From assembly GCA_026025075.1 (NCBI GenBank), contig JAPEUI010000015.1, forward strand, positions 124,001 to 188,000: 64,000 nt of DNA, read 5' to 3'. The notes below the pieces were generated by a model, which did no database searches, had not been told where the DNA came from, and saw only the letters and a program-made list of their open reading frames with translations. Shown piece after piece: positions 1-12,348 of this stretch. Each line of letters opens with the position of its first letter. Position 1 is the stretch's first letter. Both the position numbers and the translations under genes were made by a program. This DNA comes from Vezdaea acicularis (Eukaryota).

Positions 1-172
1 CAGAAGCCCGCTCGCAAATACTTTGATCTGTTTGATCATGTTAGGGTTTGTAGAGTATTTGCGGGAATGGTAGGGACGAACTAAGATCAGACACAGTGAA
101 CGTTCCGGACCATGCTTTGATCTCGGAAATGGCCCGAATGACATCTGCTTCGTTGATGGTATCCATCCTCAT
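1..172 (-). CDS. Possible 5' part of an unidentified gene running off the left edge (MRMDTINEADVIRAISEIKAWSGTFTVSDL|NQSICERAS...)
   Basis: ATG at 172; candidate 54-nt intron 81..28 with GTTCGT donor, CTAAC branch point and CAG acceptor; no recognisable domain. Confidence 0.35.
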
Positions 173-871
173 AGAAGAAGGTGGAGGTGCTGGTTGATAC
201 TCAGGGACAGGCGGCAATATATTGATATTTGTGGAAGCACCGACTATTTCAGTCGAGCGGATAATAAAAACAACAGACCTGGTTCATCAGGTGCAAAGAT
301 GAGTGAGAATGCCATCCGCAGCCACCAGATACATTTCTGAGAGTGAAGCCCCGTATGGCAAAGTAAACAAAACAGAGGGGCTAAGCGAAGCCGAAGTGGG
401 ACATCTTCGACTGGGATGTTTCAACGCGAGGAGACGCGACTCGAAATGATTGGATAGGAGCGGCCCATTTTTGACGACGCCTGCACCAATCCGAAATCTC
501 GTTGCAATTGGGATTGGCGGAACTTTCGATACGCCAAGTGCACCAAATCAACAATACTAAGCTTTGGAAATTGATCTGATTGTGGGAACCTTTTGCATGG
601 TATAGCTGGGGACCGGCAACCATTCATAGACAGACATCCGCGTCGATTGTCGCGAGAGGTCCGAAAGCATAAGGGGAATGTGTCCCTATATTGAGTGATC
701 GCCCAAAATAATGAGCGTATGCTCATGTTTCGAGATGTCGCCAATGTCATGAGTAGTGATGTTGGCCAGGGCTGGTTGGGCTCAAATTAGGAATCGAGGA
801 AGTTGATCGGAAGGGGTGTGACAAAAGCCTCTAGGACCAGGACTCTTGTACTCATTGAGTGTCCTGGCCAG

Positions 872-1380
872 CTAACGATATTTACGCCTGTAGTGGCCCT
901 TCATACCGCAGTCATGGCATGCCTTCCGTTTCTTCTTACTGACCCCATCCTGTCGGGGAGGTTCGCGCTGCGACTTTCTCTCTCAGGCCAGCATCTTGCG
1001 GGCGTAAAGCCTCTCCCAACCCCAAGCTGCAAGATGGATCGAGGCTCGCATGCTTGTCGTACGTTTCATTCTGGCGCATCGTGCCTTAAATCATCTTGCC
1101 CCGTCGATCATGCTTTCTATGGTTTCTGGCTGCTTGAGCCGGAACCTGATTTGAGGGCGAATATCTGGCTTGAGCATGCAGGCGGGGCCGAGTCTCAGGT
1201 AGCCATCCGGGGGAAGGTCTACTCTAGACTTGAGGTCATCGAGGCAATCGACCAACTGCTTGACAGTGCAGGAATCCTGGATTACGGCTCGCCATGTCGT
1301 GACGGCTTTGTATGATTGCAAGGACCTCTGGCATGCTTTATATCTTCAAGAAAGCCTTGAAATGCTCCCAGAAATAGATT
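872..1380 (-). mobile_element. Degenerate LTR-retrotransposon gag relic (capsid-like segment plus broken CCHC zinc knuckle)
   Basis: WEHFKAFLK (~1345-1370), then after a frameshift ...VKQLVDCLDDLKSR...LKPDIRPQI...PETIESMIDGA; the same frame continues through two in-frame stops to KKKRKA-CHDCGMKGHYRRKY (Cx2Cx4Hx4 with last C->Y). Confidence 0.6.
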
Positions 1381-1548
1381 TGGTAAATGACAACTAGTGG
1401 GTCATTACTGAAATATTCCCCCGATTGCATGGTGGCTAAAAGGATATGATGCGCAGAGAAGGCTCACTAGCGCTGTGCGTTTCGGTGAAGTTTCACCGAG
1501 CTCCGATCGGTTCTCCGGAGAATTTGATTCTGCAGCGAAACTTCCCCA

Positions 1549-2814
<1,266 letters not shown>

Positions 2815-3190
2815 GAACGGAATTATCGAAATCCTTAGCTTACGAAAAACTTCTCCGGTCGTTCTATGGTTGTGTATCAAAGCAATGCCGGGAGCATGCG
2901 CCTTCCAACTTGAGAAATTTGACCATTACTCCAGGTTAAAGCCAATTAATATATAAGAGTGTCTAGACACTGCCATTAACGTACATTTAGGTGTATAAGA
3001 TTTGATCTTTTTTGTAACGTCCAATGTTTGGGTCACAAACCCAGGGATTATGGGCGCTAATGCATCCCGTCCCTGCAAGCATATCCCACAAAGTAGACCC
3101 CCGTATCCAACTTTAAGAAACTTATTCACATCCTCCCCCCCTCCGTATACTCCAACCCTTACCCTCAAAAACCCCTTAGCACCAACGACG

Positions 3191-3761
3191 ATGCGTCTCC
3201 TCTCACTCTCCCTCGCCCTCCTGGCCACCACCACCTCCCTAGTTTCTGCCGACTCTGACTCGGTCACCGTCGACATCGTGCGCTCCTCCGAATGCGAGCG
3301 CCGCACGCAAGCCGGTGACCAGGTACAAGTGCACTACCGCGGCACGCTGGCCGCGGATGGGAGCCAGTTCGATGCGAGTTATGACCGCGGTGCGCCGTTC
3401 ACGTTCACGGTTGGCAAGGGGCAGGTCATTAAAGGGTGAGCGTTGCAGGCATGTTTGGGGAAGGAGTGCATCTTGCAATCGAGGGCTAATTTCTTTTGGT
3501 ACTGGCTAGATGGGACGATAATCTCCTCGGTATGTGCATTGGGGATAAGAGGAAGTTGACGATCCCGCCGAAGTTCGGGTATGGGGATCGGGCTATGGGA
3601 CCCATTCCTGCGGGGTCGACGCTGAGTAAGTTGGAATATTGATGGTGTTACCTGGGGCTGAAAAGTAATATGGGCTAATGAGGGTGGGTGTTATTGCAGT
3701 CTTTGAGACCGAGTTGATGGGCATTGCTGGTGTCAAGGGCGATCCGCCACATGAGCTGTAG
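3191..3761 (+). CDS. FPR2: ER FKBP-type peptidyl-prolyl isomerase (FKBP13/Fpr2-like), 3 exons
   Basis: Signal peptide [62 protein letters not shown]; ends ...PPHEL. Confidence 0.92.
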
Positions 3762-4680
3762 AGTCTGGCACGAGGGAGGCTGGTGCTGAGGGCACAGAGA
3801 AGGGCTAATGTTGGGATGGGAAACGAAAAGCGTAGACTACATGGAGACAGTGGAGCATGTACCCATGACAGGGTTCTCATGCTTGGAGAGGGGTCGTACG
3901 TAGAGAAAATGTGACATGGGAGGTTACTGTCTCAGGAGGCTACATCAAGAGTAATCCAATCAAACAGAGTATTGCTCGAATACTCAGCATTGACATCTAA
4001 TAATGGGAAAATCTTCTTTTGTTACTGAAAAATGGCATCGCTGTCTCATTAATATTGAGTTGAAGCCAAGAACACTGAACCTGAGTTCCATGACGACGGG
4101 GAGAGGTCTCGTGGAATGGGATCCGATACTTCGCGCGCTGTTCATTTACTAAATCGCTGCCCGTTTTCTCACCGCATTCCTGCAGCACTCTTACAGACGC
4201 ATACGGACTAGAGAGATGACTCCAATGAGAATTGCAAATTATGCCGTGACAAGCTTCTAGAGAGTAAGATGTCTGAGGTATATCGCTGTTCGAGCGTAAT
4301 ATTCGAAGTCCTTGTGTTCCACAGGGCCCCTCCAGCACCTCGCGATCCGCACTGCTGTGCTAACCATTTACCCAAGCAAATCCAGAGGTTTTTAGGAACC
4401 TTTTCGTGAACTAACGTAGACCATTGCGCATTTCCTGTCCTTCAAAATGGTATTAAGCGGCCGACGACTGTTCAAAAAAAGCCTTGGCATCGCCTGGTAA
4501 GCGTCCATGTGTCGCAGAAAATCCAATGACAGAGGAAGTGTGAGGCGTAGGCGTACGAGCAGGGAGCAGACTAAACCGTATCCGGCGTAGAGCAAGCGTC
4601 ACTCAGGGGAGTCACCAAAGGTATCAAGAAGTATAGAACATAGTAGCAGTCAATGAATACGTCTATGTGGATTGTGTATT

Positions 4681-4770
4681 GAATGCTGGGGAGCGATGCG
4701 TCAGCGCTTCCCCGCATTCTTATCTACGGTGCGTCACGTGACTCAAGCCTAGCGCAGGCATAGCGCAGGC
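4681..4770. promoter_or_regulatory. Imperfect inverted repeat, GTCACGTGAC palindrome (E-box) and a 10-nt direct repeat upstream of the ankyrin-kinase gene
   Basis: gaatgctggggagcg...cgcttccccgcattc (4681-4719); gtcacgtgac (4733-4742); tagcgcaggc twice (4750, 4761). Confidence 0.35.
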
Positions 4771-5256
4771 TGCGATCACGGGATGGGTACGTTCGTGACA
4801 GGAAGGCTCAACTACTCATATACCCCACCAGAGAATTGTTAGATCAATCATTTCCGAGGAGCTAGAGCATTCTGGCTTATAACTGGTGTTTATTCCGCAA
4901 TAATGATTTCCCTTCCTTCTCTAGATATAGATAAGGTTCCTTGTCTTATTCTATTATCAGCCTTACCCTCACGCGTCTCAGCCTTGTCTGTAAAAATGAC
5001 ATGCGGGGCGACGTGGCTAAGCCCTATTCTCTTGAGGAATCGTTTTTCGTCTCTACAAACTTCACGTCAACCTTCGTTCCGTCCATTCTTCGATCGTACT
5101 GCTTATCATAAAGCATTTTTCATCCGTGTTATCTCTTCTCGCGTCGCTAGGACTCTATTGTCCTTGATAGATTCTCTTCTTCTCGCAATTTCACTCGGAA
5201 TAGATTGCTTCTGCCTTGAGTTGTATTGAACGGCTAGCTATGCTAAAACCTTGAAG

Positions 5257-7554
5257 ATGCCTCGGTATATCTCTCCGGATCCCTCCCCTTTCACTAATGC
5301 AGACACGCCGATCACTCCACCTATCTTCAGTCAAAAATCATTGGATGATGGATTGGCACAAGCTTGCACAAATGGAGATATCAAAATGGTCAAGCGACTG
5401 CTTAAGAACTCGCCTTGGCTGTCAGATCAACGTCAAAATAAGGCAATGGTCCCGATAACGCGGGCCTTGCACAACGGATATTGGCATGTTGCAGATTTTT
5501 TGTTGCAGTGTGGTGCAGACGTGAACGCACGAAATGACCATGGGATCACATCTCTCCACCAATGCACTGAGTTAGATACGCACATCGGAGCTGTTTACTG
5601 GCTCCTGCAAAATGGAGCGCGTCTCGAAGAGCAGGATAATCAAGGTCGAACTGCTCTACTTTGCGCAGTAACTTTTGGATCGATGAAAATTATCTCTCTG
5701 CTACTATATCGCCGTGCGAACATAGACGCCCGCGATATCTTTGGACGGACCGGTCTCCATATAGCTGTGGCACATGGAAACCCCAGCTTAATCAAGGTAT
5801 TGGTTGGTAACGGAGCAAATATAAATGTAGTAGATATGTGGGGAAGTACACCACTCGTGAACGCGGCTGAATATGGACCTGCGGCCTCGGTGAGCGCTCT
5901 CATCTTAAGTGGTGCAAAACTTAACGAGAAAAATGCTTTTGGGATGACCGCTCTTCATTACGCAGCACAAAAAGGGTGCATGGAAAGTGCTTCGATGCTA
6001 ATCCGACATCACGCAAGCAAAGATATTGCTGATCATGACGGTAGGATGCCACTTATTCTGGCTGCAGCACATGGAGCCGGAGGAGTTATTCAAGCTTTCA
6101 TAGGCAATCTTTCTGAGAAATCCGCCATGGGCGAGCCTAGGCAACCGTTGCCCCATTCATCCGTCGATCTCGCTGATTCTGCTGGTTCCGCTGATCGCAG
6201 TGATTCCGATGTTACCCATCTTGAAATGCCTGCACTTATATCTGAGCAAGATTTTGGACCAGGTAACACAGCATGGCATACTCCTAGGAAAAGTCCAATA
6301 CCAGAGAAGTTGCAAGAAGCAGACTATCAGCATCCATATGGTCTAATCGGCGATAATTCCCAGAGATTTGGGGAGTTTTTGCAGGGCCATCGAGATTATC
6401 AACACGAGGATCAGGTGCCATTTCAGCACACTCGGTTTCTGGGCGTTGGGGGATTTGCGAGGGTGGACGAAGTACGTTTGCAGAGTGTGAGCGGGTCTAA
6501 GGCGGGCCGACTTTTTGCCCGGAAAGTAATGCATATTCGTCCTCACAAAGAGCTCTTCACTCGAGAGCACATAGAGAAAGAAGTTTCAATACTACGGAAG
6601 CTGCAACATTCCCATGTTGTCTGTATAGTGACGACCTACACACAACCTAACCCTGAAGTTTTCGCGATGATCATGCACCCAGTGGCCAACTATCATCTTG
6701 ACGATTTCCTCAATAGTCATTACACCCATACGGATACAGATCTAAAGAAAGTGTCATCGTGGTTTGGTTGTCTTGCGACGGGGCTCGAGTATCTTCATAG
6801 CAGCGGTATACGCCACAAGGACGTTAAGCCGGAGAACCTTCTAATTCACGGCGATAATATCCTCTATGCGGACTTTGGTCTATCAAGAGATTGCTTGGAC
6901 GAAGCGAGCACTACAAGCGGACCAGTGCAAGCACGGACATTGATGTACTGCGCACCAGAGGTTGCCGATGAAGAGCGCCGAGGGAAGGCGTCGGATGTCT
7001 ACTCACTTGGATGCTGCTTCTTGGAGATGACGACCTTGCTTTGCGGCAAAAAGCTGGATACCTTTAGGAAATTTCGGGAGACGGATGGGAGACTCGCTTA
7101 CCATGCCAATATTCAGAAAGTTCTATGGTGGATACAGCTGTTAGCTCAAGAAATTAGAACTGAACTCCAACCTAGAGCGGAAGTGGAAGTTGCTTTAGAA
7201 ACCGTTGGTGAACCCCCCCCTTGGTATAATAATCGATCACATTTTCTTCTTGCATTGGAATGGTGCTACTCAATGCTTCAGCCAAAAAAAGAAAAGCGAG
7301 TTAGTACCAAGCAACTTCTTCTGGTTATGAAGGGTGGAATACGATCTACTCCCCCAACTCCGAAATTCTATGGGGATTGTTGCCAAGAGAAATTTCTCCA
7401 AGAATGCAATCAACCACGAACTCATGGACTGATTGATTGGGTTGTCCTTACTACTCCCAACAGGCTTAATTGGAACCAGACGAACGAAAGATGCGGTTAC
7501 GACGCAGCTCTGGCTTCATTTGGGGAATTTCTCTTGGTAAAATCATCGGGTTGA
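5257..7554 (+). CDS. Intronless ankyrin-repeat plus Ser/Thr protein kinase
   Basis: About 7-8 ankyrin repeats (GRTALLCA, GRTGLHIAV, GSTPLVNAA, GMTALHYAA); kinase motifs GVGGFARV, FARK, HKDVKPEN, DFG, APE, SDVYSLG. Confidence 0.9.
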   Translation: MPRYISPDPSPFTNADTPITPPIFSQKSLDDGLAQACTNGDIKMVKRLLKNSPWLSDQRQNKAMVPITRALHNGYWHVADFLLQCGADVNARNDHGITSLHQCTELDTHIGAVYWLLQNGARLEEQDNQGRTALLCAVTFGSMKIISLLLYRRANIDARDIFGRTGLHIAVAHGNPSLIKVLVGNGANINVVDMWGSTPLVNAAEYGPAASVSALILSGAKLNEKNAFGMTALHYAAQKGCMESASMLIRHHASKDIADHDGRMPLILAAAHGAGGVIQAFIGNLSEKSAMGEPRQPLPHSSVDLADSAGSADRSDSDVTHLEMPALISEQDFGPGNTAWHTPRKSPIPEKLQEADYQHPYGLIGDNSQRFGEFLQGHRDYQHEDQVPFQHTRFLGVGGFARVDEVRLQSVSGSKAGRLFARKVMHIRPHKELFTREHIEKEVSILRKLQHSHVVCIVTTYTQPNPEVFAMIMHPVANYHLDDFLNSHYTHTDTDLKKVSSWFGCLATGLEYLHSSGIRHKDVKPENLLIHGDNILYADFGLSRDCLDEASTTSGPVQARTLMYCAPEVADEERRGKASDVYSLGCCFLEMTTLLCGKKLDTFRKFRETDGRLAYHANIQKVLWWIQLLAQEIRTELQPRAEVEVALETVGEPPPWYNNRSHFLLALEWCYSMLQPKKEKRVSTKQLLLVMKGGIRSTPPTPKFYGDCCQEKFLQECNQPRTHGLIDWVVLTTPNRLNWNQTNERCGYDAALASFGEFLLVKSSG

Positions 7555-8124
7555 AGAGCACCCCTTTCTAGATCGGCCCGAGCTGAAGGAGGAGCTGTAT
7601 CAGAGGCTAGATCAACCCCAGAAACATACTGGAACTCAATAGACCGAGTGCTATCTTCTGTAACAAAGGGAGATTTCCAGAACCATCCCTGGATGGCTTC
7701 AGGGGCTCACGTCCAAAGTCTCTTTTGTCCTCGCGGCAATGTTGAGGGCAGCTTCAAAGGACAGGATGAACTCTTGGAGCACATTATGTGGACGCACAAT
7801 AGCAAGACGCGTTACACAAGATTCACCTGTGCCGATAGCACATCCGGTTTTACAGAAGACGGTGGACCGCTATCGACGTTTCGTCGTGGAGCACGTAGGA
7901 GGTGCCTCGAGAATGAGGAGTATGGAACATCGCGCCATGCTGCTTCTCACTTGATTGAAATCCATTCGTCTTTTAATCCTCGCAAGCGTAAGCGGACCGA
8001 GGACTCTGCTGGAAAGGCTGACGGTGATGGCTTTCCAATGGAGGCTTTGAGCAAAACACTGGATCCGCGAGCAGCTGAATTCTTCCTACGACCGCCGGTT
8101 GGCAGAAATCGTAGTAGGCAATGA
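7555..8124 (+). pseudogene. In-frame continuation of the kinase ORF beyond its TGA, encoding a degenerate C2H2-like zinc-binding domain
   Basis: Same frame, no stop from 7555 to 8121; CPRG...FKGQDELLEHIMWTH...AASHLIEIHSSFNPRKRKR...DGFPMEAL resembles, from memory, the fungal KLAP1/DUF7896-type domain. Confidence 0.5.
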
Positions 8125-8780
8125 CAGCAATGGGATTTGGGAGATGCCCTTAAGTGGGGTAGCGGTCCATACGGGACACCGCTGAGACGGAAACCCCAAG
8201 TAAGGCTCGAACGTATCACGCCACATGCAAGAGCGCCCTTATGAGGCTGTCATTCAGGACTGGCGGAAGTTTCGCTGATTACTGGATCCAAGGTGCGTTG
8301 ATTGCCTATATTCTTGCATCTAGAAGTTGCTCTGCTTGACTGCCCCACGTGGGATACATATGAAGGTCAGCGCCAAGGGCCTCAGGATATTCTAGTAGAT
8401 AAAAATGTCCAATTAAGGCGCATCAGATCAGAAAGGGCATTGAAGCGGGCATCTAGCTTAAAAGAATAGATCTGTACAATAGACATATCCATCTCACGTG
8501 TGGCGTGCCGGTAAAGGGGTGGAGAGGCGCAACAGGCGGAAGGGTGGGGCGGGATTGGGCCAGAGCCGAGGGAGTTAGGCGCGGACCGGGGAGTTGCCGG
8601 GGGGGGGGAGGGCAGGATGGGGGCGATTCCGCCGGGCGATTGGGTTGGGGGCTTATCCAGCGCAAGACTCTCATTAGTGACGCGATGTTCCCTGTTTAGA
8701 TGGGCGAGGGCTGAGCCACGACGACGCTCCCTTTGGCTGACGGCGGAGAGAGAGGATTTGTCGCTCCGTCGGTGTGCGCA

Positions 8781-8815
8781 GTTGCTGTTGTTGCTGCTGC
8801 TGCTACTACTGCAGC
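8781..8815. repeat. Imperfect (GCT/GTT)n trinucleotide tract
   Basis: gttgctgttgttgctgctgctgctactactgcagc. Confidence 0.6.
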
Positions 8816-9349
8816 ATCCATTGCATCGGCCGGGCGACACGGACACGCAGAGAACTGGGTTCTGGCAAAGTGGTTGCGCGGCTGATTTGCAGCAGGTTCA
8901 AATTGGAATCGACGCCGTGGGTAACGTCAGATCTGCTGTGGAGGTAGCACGACGCCGCAGACTAGAATACATACAATACTATCGCGACCTTCGACCTGCC
9001 TTCGACATCCTCCTGCTCCTCCTCCACCAGCATAACGTATCCTCACCAGTTTCCTCTTCAATTCGCACTTGCGGTAACGACCCCATCGACGCACCCTCTC
9101 CTCTGTCTATCCATTCAACGGCCTTAAAGCATCGTTCACGCTGTTGGTCAGCCATCTCACCGCCCGCCTCGCGTGTGGTCCTCGTCCTGGCCTGATCGGC
9201 TTACGTCTCGCCAGCCTTCGTGCTCAGCAAAAGCATCGACGTTTCATGAATTCGCCGAACCTGGGAAAGACTCGATCGCAACCTTCTCCATTTGAGGATC
9301 GATTCGAATCGAACCGAGATAGTGGGATGTGACTCCCTCCACCGTCACG

Positions 9350-10809
9350 ATGCACATCCCTCTATCAAAGCGTAATACGCACGAGGCGACTCCAGATCCC
9401 AGCGTACCAACAGGAACCGGGGGTAACACAATCATAGTACGTCTGCATCCCACAGTCCTCATGTCAATCCATCTCATTAACACACAACCCAGATCGTGAT
9501 CGCCATCCTGTGCAGCGTGAGCGCCTTGATAATCACCTACGTCGTTCTCCGCATAATCCGGATCAAGCACAAGAGCCCCCGATACGTCCCGACCGCCTTC
9601 CTCAAGCACCGCTGGGAGAAATGGAAGCCCTCCAGCGGCCACTCCTACGAGAACATCGACCCACAGACGGCCGCCGGCCGCGCCTCCTCGGACGTCACGC
9701 TCGAGATCCGCCAGCGCAACTCGAGCAACCCCGCCTCGGCCTCCAACAACACCAATGGCTCGGCGAACGTCGACCGCAACACCTCCGTCCGCTCCGTGCA
9801 GACCCTCCCGCCCTATAAATTCGAACCGAGCGAACACGAGCGCGTCCTCGGCCGCGCCGGCGAGCGGGGCGGCATCGACGTCGTGGTGGAATTCCCAGAG
9901 CCAGAGGAAGCGCTTGAAGCCCGCCGTGACGGCGAGATGGAAGCCCTCTACCAGATCCGACTAGCCCGCCGGCGAGAAGCCGCCGAGCGCGAAGAGCGAC
10001 GCCGCCGCCGCCGCATCGCCCGCGAAGCAGGAGATACCGCAACACTGGAGCAGTTGCGATTAGAACGGGAAGCGCGCCGGCGCGCCGCCAGCCTAGCCAG
10101 CGGCGGCGTCGGAACGCCCATGGAAAGCTCAACCAGCCTAAGCACCGCAATCATGCAAGCGGAACTGGCCTCCCGCGACCGCGAGCGCGAGCGACGAGTC
10201 TCCTCCGTCAGCTACGCCGACGTCGGTCTCGCCCGCCACGACGGCACCCGCGTCCGCCAGAGCGAAGACGACGACAACCGGCCCCTCCTCGAAACAACCA
10301 GCACGCGCAGCTCAGGCGGGACTCGCAACCGCTCGGGCTCCGCTCTCAGCGTCAGTACGCTTGCCAGCGAAGACCAGTCGCCCCCCGCCACTGGCCGCTC
10401 CGCTGAGCGCGATCGCGCGGATAGCGCCGCTTCCTCTTTTCGCGCCCCGCATAGTCGCCAGAGCAGCCAAGGCGGGCCTGCGGCTTCTCGAGACCTCACG
10501 CCTATCCTCACCTCCGTCAGTGCCTCCAGCGCCACGAGCGTACAGCACCCCCCCCTCCCCGAGGTAGACGGCGAGGACTTCGTCGGCGAACCCCCCCGCT
10601 ACGACGAGATTCGGAGGGGCGAGTCTACTAGGCGCTCACCCGCTGCCAGGGCGGCGCTTGTTGAGGACAGGGGCGAGGTGCCTCCGTATGAATCTCCGGT
10701 TGAAGACGGCGTGCCGAGATTACCGGCTATGGGACGACTGCCGGCGATTGAGGTCACGGCGAGTAGTCCCGCGGTTAGTAGGGAGGGGACGCTTGTGGGT
10801 AGGCGGTGA
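9350..10809 (+). CDS. Hypothetical single-pass membrane protein, 2 exons
   Basis: ATG 9350, intron GTACGT..CCCAG before 9493; TM segment IVIAILCSVSALIITYVVL; Arg/Glu-rich helix; LPPY, PPRY and PPYE motifs; strong codon bias. Confidence 0.75.
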
Positions 10810-11240
10810 GGGGTTGGGTGGGATAGGAGGGGGGTTTGGATATGGGTTTCGGAAGGGGTTGGATGGGTAGAGCAAGGGGAGTGAATCAGCGGGTTGGAAT
10901 GAGAATTACGCGTCAAGGCTATGGGATAAGTGATTTTAGAAACCTCACACCAGCATACACGCCCTCATGTCCACATACTCCCTCACTCATCTACATCGGT
11001 TTTTGTCTCTCGTTTTCTTGTTGGGAGCCAGCGAGCGTTTGCTTTTGTCGAAGTTTGGGCTGTTTTGGGTAGTGGTTAGTGGCGTCCTCGTTTCTCCCTT
11101 TTCAGCTTCTATGCGTTAAATAGAACAGGAGTGTGTGGCGGGGAGAGGGGGAAGGGGAGGGCTGGTGTGGTGTGGTGTAGTTGTATCAAAACCCTTTTTT
11201 TTCTTCGTGGATGTGGTAGGAGGGGGGGAAGTTTAGTTTG

Positions 11241-11270
11241 TGATGATGACGATGACGATGATGATGTGAT
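11241..11270. repeat. (GAT/GAC)n microsatellite
   Basis: tgatgatgacgatgacgatgatgatgtgat. Confidence 0.6.
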
Positions 11271-11375
11271 ACGCGTTCTCGTATCGACGCACTGTTTGGG
11301 GATGATGTAGAAGTGTCAATTAAGGTGGTTATCACGACCCAACATCCAAGAAGCCCAAAAGCAGGAAGCACCCAA

Positions 11376-12348
11376 CTAATCCACCCCCTCATCATCCTCA
11401 TCCACACGAAACGCGCCCTCACCATCCCTCACCCTCTTCTCATCCGCCTCCCTCTCCGCCTCTCTACTCTCCAACAACTTCAGCGGCACCGTTTCCAGCA
11501 CCACCACAAACAGTAGGGTCCCTGACTCGCGATCTTTAAGGACATACCGCAAAGAGTGCGTGCGATGCGGCTCTTTGTCCCAGTAAGAGACGATACTAAA
11601 TGAGAACCCGGGGAGCTTGAGCGCGAAATTCCCAAAGTCGAGGAAAGGGTTGAAGAAATCGGTTTGGTATAGCCGGCCGGGTTCGAAGACGAAGGATTGG
11701 CGGGCGGAGTCGTTCAGGAAGTGTTTCATGCGGCGGGCGGACTCGGGGGGGATGGATGCTTTGGCGCGGATGGATGTTGCGTCCTCGCCGGTGGCGCCTT
11801 CGGTCAAGACGCTCTCATCGGGTTGGGTGGGGAGCGTGGTGGTTTTCTCGCCGATGTGTAGGATGTTGAGACTGCTCAGGGCGGGGCCGTAGAGGTATGG
11901 TTCGTCGGCGTAGGGGTCGCCGTACAGGCCGGGGTCGATGAGGCGTTTGACGATGTTGAAGGCGAGGGAGAAGCCTGGTGGGAGGCTGTCGCGGACGGGG
12001 TGGTCGAAGTCGTTGCCGAAGACGAGGGAGTCCCCGTTGATGCTCTTTTTGGGGAGGAGGGAGAAGGAGATGGAGTACAGATCGGAGAGGTGGGGTGGAG
12101 TGGTGAAGTAGGGGGAGGTGGAGGGGGATTTGGGGTTGGTGCCTGGGTTGCTGTTAGAGAGGGGGGGGAGGGCTTGGAGGGGAGGGTGTGAAGGTACCTC
12201 GAAAGTTCTTGATTCGGACGTGGAGGTTGATATCGGCTAGATCCGTGGAGATTCGCATGGGCGTCGGTTCGTTGACGGGGACTGGCTTGTGCGTCTCGGG
12301 GTCGTAGGTTGGCCCCGCCGTGACCCGGAGGCGGTACTTGTCCGCCAT
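11376..12348 (-). CDS. DUF1769-family protein, 2 exons
   Basis: MADKYRLRVTAGPTYD...VRIKNFRG|...SPYF...FGNDFDHPVRDSLPPGF...IDPGLYGDPYADEPYLYGPALSS...DFFNPFLDF..FALKLPGF...LRYVLK. Confidence 0.85.

Noticed and set aside
803..1315. 170-aa plus-strand ORF
   Set aside because: Non-ATG start and no motifs; it is the antisense shadow of the gag-like relic.
3997..4595. Short minus-strand ORFs between the FKBP and kinase genes
   Set aside because: No ATG-led, spliceable or recognisable protein. Could be decayed coding sequence but I cannot support it.
8382..9332. Several 60-190 aa ORFs, including a poly-Leu one
   Set aside because: Explained by GC-rich sequence, a G run and a (GCT)n tract in the probable promoter/5' UTR of the 9350 gene.
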